Shown: positions 15,498 to 22,789 of the stretch, one piece after another | Layout: each line of letters opens with the position of its first letter | Numbering within the stretch: position 1 is the first letter of the stretch | IMG/VR virus record: IMGVR_UViG_3300032365_000087 | Span: 1-25,851 of that record | Length of the DNA stretch: 25,851 nucleotides | Direction: 5' to 3' (one strand) | DNA from: a virus | Taxonomy: Duplodnaviria > Caudoviricetes | Position numbers and translations under genes: made by a program | Notes under the pieces: generated by a model | The model's database searches: none | Told to the model about the DNA's origin: nothing | What the model saw: the letters and a program-made list of their open reading frames with translations, nothing else

Positions 15498-17027
15498 TTA
15501 GCCGTCCGCAATGTTGTAAAGCATCCCGTAGGCCGGCGGGAAATAGACCTCCAGGCAGCCGTCCATGTAAACCCCGTATTCATATTTCAGGGTGATGAAG
15601 GGCCACTCGAACTGCCAGTAATCCCGGCGGCACTTGACATTGATGGGGTTGGCCACGTTGCTCAGCTTGTAGGGGATCTTCTGGGAGTAGAACAGCATGG
15701 TCCCCGGCGGCATGTAGGGGTGCACCATGATCTTCGCCAGGTGGCCGCCCTCCATGCTGTATTTGTTCAGATAGTTGCCCACCACCGTGCCGGCGGTGAG
15801 GGTGAGCTCCGGCACCCCTTTCTGGGCCTCGGTGTCCACCACGAACCGGAAGAGGGGGCTGCCGCCGCCAGCGATGACCTTGGCGTTGATGTTCTTGACC
15901 TCCTGACTGGAGGCGATGATCAGCTCCGGCCGCAGCCGGTACTGGTCAAAGAGGGCCTTGAACATGGCGTCGATTTCCTTGATGCCCCCGGCGCCATCCG
16001 AGGTCAGAGGGGTGCCGGCCCCCGGGTTCCCGGTGGCCTGGGCGGTGACGAGGGAGCCGGAGCCGCTCTGATTGATGAGGCTCACCAGCCCGTCGTAATT
16101 CAGGCTGGAATAGGAGTAGTCGGTGCTGGGCAGGGCGCTGGCCGCCTGGTTGGTGGCGATTGGGGTGGCGGTGAGGAGCACCGAGTTGATGGTGGTGATG
16201 GCGGCGATCTTCTCGCTGCCTGCGGCGCCCAGATACCAGGCATAGGCCACCGCACCCGGCACCGGGGTCACGCTGGCGCCGATGGCGTTGGCGCTCCCGG
16301 AGGTGAAGGTAGTGGTGGCATTGGCGCTCTGGATGGCGGCGCCCCCGGCCACGGTGTCCGTGTTGCTGTAAGGCCCGGCCGAGGACCGGGAGATGGAGGC
16401 CACCACCCCGGCGGCGCTCACCGAGGCCCGCATGTAGCCGAAATAGGTCAGGGCCACGCAGATCACCGAGAAGGTGCCGGCGCCCAGGCTGCCCCCCGAG
16501 GAATACTGGGTGAGCGCCGGGGTGGGGGTGGTGCCCAGCTGCAGGCTGCCGTTGCCCCAGAGGATGGCCCTTTCCTCCATCATCATCAGGGAGTTGAGCA
16601 GGCCCAGGACCGCCAGGGCCTTGACGTCGTCGAAGTTCTTGGCGGCCAGGTCCGCCTGGATGGTGACGTAGTCTTCCAGGCCCAGGGTCTTGTAAGACGC
16701 CAGATAGTCTTTTTCCTGGGTGGAGATCACCCCGCCCCGGTTGCCTTCCGAGACGAAGGGGTCCACCAGGCCGATGTTGACCCCGGTGATGGCCTTCCAG
16801 TGGGTGGCGGTGCCGCCGTCCGCTGGCACCCGGGGGATCATGTTGCGCAGGGGGGTGTCCACCGGGTAGAGCAGCTTGGCGGCGGGTTGCAGGTCATACC
16901 AGACCAGGCCGGTGGCCTGGGTGAAGGCCTTGCGCAGGGCGGCGGGGAATTCCTCCGCCCCGCCCACCCCGGAAAGCAGGGCCTTCATCTGTTCCAACGC
17001 CTGGGCGGCGATTTCGGCGCGATTCAT
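15498..17027 (-). CDS. Major capsid protein with an inserted beta-rich domain
   Basis: Lies between protease and adaptor; YDL...AK.L.PV.TPLRN.IPRV, EER.IL.GN, I.VHP.MPPGT, G...NI..G ending; GGAGG RBS. Confidence 0.85.
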   Translation of the reverse strand: MNRAEIAAQALEQMKALLSGVGGAEEFPAALRKAFTQATGLVWYDLQPAAKLLYPVDTPLRNMIPRVPADGGTATHWKAITGVNIGLVDPFVSEGNRGGVISTQEKDYLASYKTLGLEDYVTIQADLAAKNFDDVKALAVLGLLNSLMMMEERAILWGNGSLQLGTTPTPALTQYSSGGSLGAGTFSVICVALTYFGYMRASVSAAGVVASISRSSAGPYSNTDTVAGGAAIQSANATTTFTSGSANAIGASVTPVPGAVAYAWYLGAAGSEKIAAITTINSVLLTATPIATNQAASALPSTDYSYSSLNYDGLVSLINQSGSGSLVTAQATGNPGAGTPLTSDGAGGIKEIDAMFKALFDQYRLRPELIIASSQEVKNINAKVIAGGGSPLFRFVVDTEAQKGVPELTLTAGTVVGNYLNKYSMEGGHLAKIMVHPYMPPGTMLFYSQKIPYKLSNVANPINVKCRRDYWQFEWPFITLKYEYGVYMDGCLEVYFPPAYGMLYNIADG

Positions 17028-17050
17028 TTTTATTTCCTCCGCAAAGAATT

Positions 17051-17083
17051 AAAAAAGCCCAGTCGCCCTGACGGGCACCGGGC
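17051..17083 (-). terminator. Intrinsic-terminator-like hairpin plus U6 just upstream of the capsid RBS
   Basis: GCCCGGT-GCCC-gtca-GGGC-g-ACTGGGC-TTTTTT. Confidence 0.55.
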
Positions 17084-17160
17084 CTTGCCTTGCCTCCCGG
17101 CAATCCGGGGGGCGCTGCGTTGCCGCTTTTAATCGGGGCGGTGCGAGGCGGGGCGGTGCC

Positions 17161-17319
17161 TTACGGCGTTGCCCGGCCTTCGCTTTGCCGGATATCTTTT
17201 AACAGGGCGGCCGCCTCCTCCAGGTCGATCAGCTTTAGAAGCAGGCCCACCCTGAGTAATTCCCGCTTGTCCTTCCTGATTTTCTCCTCAATGAGGCGGC
17301 GCAGGCGGACCAAATCCAT
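17161..17319 (-). CDS. 52-aa helical hypothetical protein; not in the ORF track
   Basis: Hand translation MDLVRLRRLIEEKIRKDKRELLRVGLLLKLIDLEEAAALLKDIRQSEGRATP; GAGG upstream. Confidence 0.6.
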   Translation of the reverse strand: MDLVRLRRLIEEKIRKDKRELLRVGLLLKLIDLEEAAALLKDIRQSEGRATP

Positions 17320-17348
17320 GCCGGCCTCAGATCACGAAACGGGGGCCT

Positions 17349-18686
17349 TCATCGTGCCTTCTTGACCGCCCCGAGGGGGTCTTTGGGGTCCTCCGGCGCC
17401 GCTCTGGTAGCACCCGGCGGCAAATCGCCTTCCTTGCTCACCGCCCGGGGCTTGCCGGCATCCGCCGGCTGGTCCTCCACCTTTTTCAGGCGGTCCCTGA
17501 GCTCCTGGTTTTCCTTTTCCAGGGCCTCCAGGCGCTTCAAAATCTCCTCCTGCCCCTGCAAAACTTCCTCCAGTTTTTCCATGTCCTCCTCCTCCTCATC
17601 CTCTACGGTTTTGGCCATTTTCCCGGCCCCGGCGCAGTCGGCGCCCAGGTGCACGCTGCGGTCGTGGATGTGCTGGATGTGCTCCTGGTCCTGCTTGCTG
17701 TGCCGAGCCCCGGCCTTGGCCACCCCCGCCTTTTCTTCCTCCGCCTCCATCACCTCGGCGGCAATGAAGGCCTGCAGATTCTTGAGGGCCCCGCACAAAA
17801 GGGGCAGCTGCTCCTGGGCCGCCGGGCCGAAGTCGTTCCATTTCTCCCGCTCGAACAGAGCGGCAATCAAGGCCAGGGCCTGCAGGGCGTCCTGGAGGTC
17901 CCAGATCTCCTGGGCCGCGATGACCTGCAGGTCCGCCTTGGCCAGCTTCTCCGCCGCCTCCGCCGCCGAGGGCGGCCCGGCCGGGTCGATCTTGTCCTTC
18001 CAGGCCGAAATGATCCGGCCCTTGATGGTCTTCATGTCCTCGGGGGAATACTTGGCGGCGTTCTTCGCCTTGTTGATGTAGTTCCAGGCCGCCCGGATGT
18101 GGGCCTCGGTGTCGATGGGGTATTTCTTGTTCTTTTCGTCGGCGAACTTCACGTCCCCGTATTTCTCTTCCCCTTCCTCGGGCTTCACATCCTGGCGGGC
18201 GGCAATTTTTTTCAGGCGCTCGATCTCAGACAGCATCGCCGCCTTTTCCCGCTCCAAGTCCTCCGGGCTGCTCTCGTCCAGCTTGAACAGGGTGATGAGG
18301 GCCTCGGGATTGGCGGGCCGGTCCACCAGGGAGATCTCGGTGAGGCGCATCCGGGTCACGGTGTCCCCCACCTTGGCCACCTTCTTGCCGCCCAGGGAGA
18401 AACCCTTGTAAACCCCCTCCTCCACCTTTTTCCAGGCCTGATCATCAACCACCTTGGCGCAGAGGAACAGCCCCTTTTCATCCAGGTTGGCCTCCTTGGC
18501 CACCCCCACTGCCGAGGGCTGGTGCATCTCCCGGATGTTGGCGAACTTCATGTAATCCGCCAGGGCCCCTTCCACCGCCTCCTTGCTGACCCGCTCCCCC
18601 TGGCTGTCCAGGGCCTCGGTGGTGGCGTAGCCGTAAACCAGGCGCTGCACCGGGTCGCGCTTGACGATATCCATGTAGAATTTCAT
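17349..18686 (-). CDS. Prohead protease (XkdF/HK97-type serine protease) fused to a DUF6582-like domain and a coiled-coil scaffold tail
   Basis: R.VYGYA.TE..D.QGE, NIREMH, GVYKGFSLGG, EISLVDRPANPEA; KYPIDT..HIRAAW.YI; acidic coiled-coil C-terminus. Confidence 0.85.
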   Translation of the reverse strand: MKFYMDIVKRDPVQRLVYGYATTEALDSQGERVSKEAVEGALADYMKFANIREMHQPSAVGVAKEANLDEKGLFLCAKVVDDQAWKKVEEGVYKGFSLGGKKVAKVGDTVTRMRLTEISLVDRPANPEALITLFKLDESSPEDLEREKAAMLSEIERLKKIAARQDVKPEEGEEKYGDVKFADEKNKKYPIDTEAHIRAAWNYINKAKNAAKYSPEDMKTIKGRIISAWKDKIDPAGPPSAAEAAEKLAKADLQVIAAQEIWDLQDALQALALIAALFEREKWNDFGPAAQEQLPLLCGALKNLQAFIAAEVMEAEEEKAGVAKAGARHSKQDQEHIQHIHDRSVHLGADCAGAGKMAKTVEDEEEEDMEKLEEVLQGQEEILKRLEALEKENQELRDRLKKVEDQPADAGKPRAVSKEGDLPPGATRAAPEDPKDPLGAVKKAR

Positions 18687-18715
18687 AGTCTTCTCCCTTG
18701 CTTGCTCTCCTTCGG

Positions 18716-18792
18716 GCAGTTAGCGGTCAGCGGTTAGTTAAACTAACCCCTAACCCCTAACCCCTAAACCCTAACCCCTGGTCCCTGCTCCC
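18716..18792 (-). repeat. Heptamer inverted-repeat element G: (GGGGTTA)n ... (CTRACCG)n
   Basis: Telomere-like GGGGTTA run followed by a complementary-phase arm; begins right after TAA 18793-18795. Confidence 0.85.
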
Positions 18793-19875
18793 TTACTCCT
18801 TCCCCCCCACGAGGGGAACCACGTCGCAATTTCAATGGGGGTGCGGGGCGGGCGGATCTCCCTGGGGAAATTCCTCGTCAATCCCCGCCTCCATGCCCTC
18901 GTAGCCTTCGCATTCCTCACAGACATTGCCGCCGGAAGAGAGAATCCACTTGCGCTTCTCCACCACCCCGCTCTGCCGCCAGGCCAGCAGGTTCCCCTGG
19001 ATGTCGGCCCGGACCGTCTCGGTGCGGGCGATCATCTGGGCCCGGGCCTCGGAGAAGGCGTACGAGTCCCGGATGGCGTCGGCCAGGCGGGCGCTGCTCC
19101 AGCCCTCCTCCAGGGCCTGGGCCACGTCATTCCTAAGCATCTCCCGGGTGGACTCCAGGAGGCTGTTTTTCTCGTCCGGGTTGTCCACCAGGACTCCGTC
19201 CTGCCAGATTTTCCCCACCAGTTCGGCGGTCCAGGACCGGGCCCAGTTCACCGCCAGGTCATTGGCTGCGGCGGCCATCTCCGCCTCGGGGGAGAAGCCG
19301 ATCTGCAGGAAGGCCTGGGCCACCCCTTCCCTGGTGACGGCCGTAAGCAACGGCGCCAGGTCGTCCCAGATGACCGCCCAGGCCCGGGTCTCGATGGCCT
19401 TTAAAATTTTCTGAACCTCATCCTCATCGTCTTCGGCCCTGGCGAGCTTCTCATAGGCATTTATCGCATTTCTGGCCGCGGACCGGGCCCAGCGGCGAAA
19501 GGTCCCGCGCAAAAGTTCGGCCACCTTCTGGCGCAGGGCCTTTACCTTCGGCCGGTCCCGGTTGATGGGCCGCGCCATAGCCCTGGCCAGTTGCAGCAGG
19601 GCCTGCCGCTCCAGCTTCAGCAGGTCGTCCAGGCCCGCCTTGTGGAGGGCTTCCTTGATTTCCTGCCACTCTTCCGGGGTTTTTTCTTCGCCGGCGCCCT
19701 CGCCGTTGCCTGCCGCGCTGGCGGCGGCCTGGGTCTCGCCCTGGGTCTGGCTCTGGGCCAGGATGTCCTTCAGGAGGATGGCGCCCTGGGCGGTAAATAT
19801 CGCATTCGGCATGCCGATGGGGTCCAGGCCCCGCTCCTCCCGCACCTCGTCCACCGAGCGGATGCCGCATTTCAC
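18793..19875 (-). CDS. Portal C-terminal segment plus Mu gpF / SPP1 gp7-like minor head (morphogenesis) domain; in-frame TGA at 18832-18834, probable true stop TAA at 18793-18795
   Basis: GIRSVDEVREERGLDP portal motif; RA..IARTE, K.W, CEEC and PHPH*NC.VVP matching the HPxCxC motif. Confidence 0.8.
18800..18818 (-). promoter_or_regulatory. Candidate bacterial SECIS hairpin
   Basis: UUCCCCUC-GUG-GGGGGGAA starts after a 13-nt spacer downstream of the UGA; loop GU at +22/+23. Confidence 0.5.
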
Positions 19876-21068
19876 GTCGCGCTCCTCGATCTGGAGGCGG
19901 TGTCCGCGTCGATATCATCCTCCAGCTTCCACTCGAAGCGCAGCTCCGGCTCCTGGAGGTACTTGGCGATGAGCAGGTTCATCAATCCCGTGACCCAGTT
20001 CAGCATGGGGGCCAGGCCCTCCTCCAGGGCGGCCCGCTTCAGGGTCTCGGAGGTGGCCCGGTTCATCACCCGGACAAAGGGGGCCGGGGAGATGGAAAAC
20101 ACGAAACAGATCACCCGGGCCAGCCACTCGTCAAACTCGTCCTTCAGGGGCGCCAGCTTGGTCTCGTGGATCTGGGCGGTCTCCGAAGGCACGAACTTCA
20201 CCTTGCGGCGCTGGGCCAGGTTGCCTTCCAGCAGGGCGTCCCAGTATTTCTGGAATTCGGCGATCTGCTGCGGGGTCCATTCCTTGGGGACCCCGGCGAA
20301 GGCGTCCGGGATGGTGCCTTCCCGGTAGTAATTGAATTGAAAAACGGTGCGGTTCAGGGCGATGGAGGTGATCATGATCACCTGCTCCACCGGGGAAAAC
20401 CCGTAATTCCGCCAGGACCGGACATTCCGGGGCTTGTAGACCAGCTGGTCCCGGGTGTAGTCCGCCGCCGGCACCCCGTGCAGGATCTGCTGGTAGGCCG
20501 GCGAGGGCGGCAGGGGGGTGCGGCCGTGCTCGTCAATGAGCCGGTTGATGGTGGCCCCGTCCAGGACCTCCAGGCCATAGAGCTTGCCGCCCCGACTGTA
20601 GCGGGGCAGCACCGCGGGGGCGTCAATCACCAGCAGGTCTTCCAGCAGGGCCTTCACCCAGGTTCCCCAGTCATGGGCCTTGTCGGGCCAGGCCAGGAAT
20701 TCCTCCACCTGGGCGCAGCGGCGCTTAGTGGCGGCGCTAATGTCCCTGGGGTCCTTGGGCAGGATATTGAACTCCATCTTGGCCATCTGGTCCTTGCGGG
20801 TCTCGATCACCGCCCGCAGCAGGTCGCAGGAATCCGCCAGGGCCCGGAGCTGCCACATGGCCACCCCTTTTTCCCCCTGCTGGGGGACGATGCGGATGTT
20901 CAACCCCACCGGGTAATCCCACAGCCGGCCGGCCGCCTCCTGGGCCACCGGCAGGATGGGCTGCATCGGCCCGAACCAGGTGCTGGGGGTCACCCCGGTG
21001 ATGATGTATTTCAGGCCCTGGACCACCCGGGTGAAGGCGCCCGGACCGTTTTTCGTTTCTTCAGCCAT
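19872..21068 (-). CDS. Portal protein (HK97-type), N-terminal part; reading frame shifts near 19893
   Basis: LRALAD..D.LR.VIETRKDQ, EDLLVIDA, YG.SPVEQ, KDEFDEWLAR.IC..F.ISP..F, NRAT.E motifs. Confidence 0.9.
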   Translation of the reverse strand: MAEETKNGPGAFTRVVQGLKYIITGVTPSTWFGPMQPILPVAQEAAGRLWDYPVGLNIRIVPQQGEKGVAMWQLRALADSCDLLRAVIETRKDQMAKMEFNILPKDPRDISAATKRRCAQVEEFLAWPDKAHDWGTWVKALLEDLLVIDAPAVLPRYSRGGKLYGLEVLDGATINRLIDEHGRTPLPPSPAYQQILHGVPAADYTRDQLVYKPRNVRSWRNYGFSPVEQVIMITSIALNRTVFQFNYYREGTIPDAFAGVPKEWTPQQIAEFQKYWDALLEGNLAQRRKVKFVPSETAQIHETKLAPLKDEFDEWLARVICFVFSISPAPFVRVMNRATSETLKRAALEEGLAPMLNWVTGLMNLLIAKYLQEPELRFEWKLEDDIDADTASRSRSAT

Positions 21069-21084
21069 TTCCCGTCCTAGTCAC

Positions 21085-21207
21085 CTGCTCACAGCTTGCT
21101 GCTCACTGCTCTCTGATCCATTTAGTGAGCGGTAAGCAGTGAGCGGTGAGCAGTAGCTGCTAACTGCTTACAAACTGCTTACTGCTCCCTGCTTACTGCT
21201 CACTGCT
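21085..21207 (-). repeat. Heptamer inverted-repeat element F: (GCAGTRA)n / (CYGCTYA)n, three arms
   Basis: 7-nt periodic gcagtaa/gcagtga arms flank a reverse-complement arm; overlaps the upstream stop codon. Confidence 0.85.
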
Positions 21208-21460
21208 TTATTACTCCTGGGGGCAGATGAATCCGGCCGCCCTCCCCCGCCGCCAGGCGCTGGCCGATGATGATATTGGCCGCATCCAGAAGCACCTTGA
21301 CATACTGGGCCAAGAGGTTGCGGTCCTGGGTGTCCGGGAAGTTGACGGCGATGGTATTGTTGTCCAGGTATTGCACCTTGATCTCAAGCAGCACCTTGGG
21401 CTGGGCTGCGGCCGCCGCCGCCTGCAACCTCCGCATCTCCTTCGCCGTGGATTCGCTCAT
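21200..21460 (-). CDS. Hypothetical protein (86 aa)
   Basis: AGGTG RBS, operon strand, bounded by heptamer elements E and F. Confidence 0.7.
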   Translation of the reverse strand: MSESTAKEMRRLQAAAAAAQPKVLLEIKVQYLDNNTIAVNFPDTQDRNLLAQYVKVLLDAANIIIGQRLAAGEGGRIHLPPGVIKQ

Positions 21461-21485
21461 GTTTAGTTCACCTAATGATTGCCAT

Positions 21486-21556
21486 CAGTTTTCTGTTTTC
21501 TGTTGTTAATACAGATAGATAATCCTTAACAGAAAACAGATAACAGAAAACCGCCT
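21486..21556 (-). repeat. Heptamer inverted-repeat element E
   Basis: AGGCGGTTTTCTGTTATCTGTTTTCTGTTAAGG...AACAGAAAACAGAAAACTG right after TAA. Confidence 0.9.
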
Positions 21557-22789
21557 TTAGTTCCCCGGAACCCCTAGAATCTTCCCTACCCCAGCCGCCG
21601 TGGTATTCATAATTGCCCCAATGTTTGCAGGTGCTACACCCAAAGTTTGTGGGGGTGTGTAGGTCGATAATGGCAAGATGTCCCACCAGATATTAGGCCC
21701 ATCATCATAGACGAAATCTATCCCGGTGGAATAACCGGGATTGTTCCCATACTGCCAGGCCGCTTTGGGGTGTTTGGCGGTAGGGGCCTCAAGCTGGTTC
21801 CGGCTTCCCCAACCAGTATAATTAGGGTCGGTGATATAATCGACGGCGTTGGTGTTAGTATAGCACTCGAAAGCGTAGCGGGCCGTTCCATTGATTGCCA
21901 AAGAGCACCCTGTGTCGTTGTAGTTATCCCCCTCTATTGTTTCTAACGTCCATGCAGTTGCGGTAGTCCAAGTGCCGCTCGCACTGAGATAGACATTATT
22001 AAGATAGCCGGAACTGTTAACAAATGAGATGTTAGTCGCCCCATTGGAATCCACTGCAATCGAAGTGGGTCGTCCCTTAAATGGTTGATTTTGCGGGGAG
22101 GAAGAAGAAAAAGAGGTGGCATTGTTTTGGTTGCCCAGATATGCGGTTACATGGTTAGTTGTAGAATTCAAAGCGCTGATTTGTGGTACATTATAACGAG
22201 ATGCGGGGTCGTTCGAATTTGTATCAATCGTCAAAGATGGGTAGTAACTCGCTCCCGAAAGTTGTACCGCTGAGTTCCATGAGCCTGTCACGTAGTTGCC
22301 GTAATAGACCGCCGACCCACTGGTGAAGACGATATGCGGAACATTGGAAGCGTCCAAGGCAATACACAGCCAGGGATAACTACCTACGCTCACGGTATAG
22401 CCCGTATTGCTTCCCACCGCATAAGTCCAGCCAGTGCCAGGGGTTATCTCGGCATAATAGAGGGCTGTGGAACTATAATACCAGATAACATATATGTTGG
22501 TCCCATCTGTCGCTAAGCAGGGGCTTTGAGTTGTCTTATAAGCAACTGGGGGGGTCCCACTAAACTCAGAAAAGGAAACACCACCATTAGTCGAATAGAA
22601 CAGGCGCATTTCTGAATGGGTGTAGTCAACGCAACCCACGATTATCTGCCCGTTCGACAAGTGTACTACCGGTCGGTCACAGTAATAAATGTAGGCAGTG
22701 TAGCCCGAAGTTATCTTCGTAGCAGACCAGGCCCAGCCAGGAAAGAGCAGGACCACCAACACGCAGAAGATTAGCAGTATTTTTCTCAT
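21557..22789 (-). CDS. Secreted-looking beta-propeller (BNR/sialidase-like) protein
   Basis: Signal-peptide-like MRKILLIFCVLVVLLFPGWAWSA; Asp-box-like YSTNGGVSFS; repeated P.IA.DS.G..HI.F blades. Confidence 0.65.
   Translation of the reverse strand: MRKILLIFCVLVVLLFPGWAWSATKITSGYTAYIYYCDRPVVHLSNGQIIVGCVDYTHSEMRLFYSTNGGVSFSEFSGTPPVAYKTTQSPCLATDGTNIYVIWYYSSTALYYAEITPGTGWTYAVGSNTGYTVSVGSYPWLCIALDASNVPHIVFTSGSAVYYGNYVTGSWNSAVQLSGASYYPSLTIDTNSNDPASRYNVPQISALNSTTNHVTAYLGNQNNATSFSSSSPQNQPFKGRPTSIAVDSNGATNISFVNSSGYLNNVYLSASGTWTTATAWTLETIEGDNYNDTGCSLAINGTARYAFECYTNTNAVDYITDPNYTGWGSRNQLEAPTAKHPKAAWQYGNNPGYSTGIDFVYDDGPNIWWDILPLSTYTPPQTLGVAPANIGAIMNTTAAGVGKILGVPGN

Noticed and set aside
15012-17132. 706-aa plus-strand ORF, and other long plus-strand ORFs (3211-4584, 9742-11034, 17649-18737, 20166-21080)
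   Set aside because: Antisense shadows of GC3-rich minus-strand genes; no recognisable motifs and full overlap with confident CDSs.
17330-17360. Possible extra indel or readthrough at the protease end (alternative ending ...KKAHEGPRFVI)
   Set aside because: Plausible-looking but needs an assumed base change; no conserved motif or hairpin supports it without homologue alignment.
17960-17976. 17-nt match to the REP core inside the protease gene
   Set aside because: Lacks the GTAG foot and outer stem; explained by GC-rich codons for GPPSAA.
18740-18780. (CCCCTAA)n as a eukaryotic telomere or contamination
   Set aside because: Only about five units, internal, with a complementary arm, and the same unit occurs in other junction elements.
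2179-21556. Heptamer elements as a CRISPR array or DGR template/variable repeat
   Set aside because: Dispersed, variable-length simple-repeat arms rather than constant repeats with regular spacers; no cas or reverse transcriptase gene and no adenine-specific repeat pair seen.
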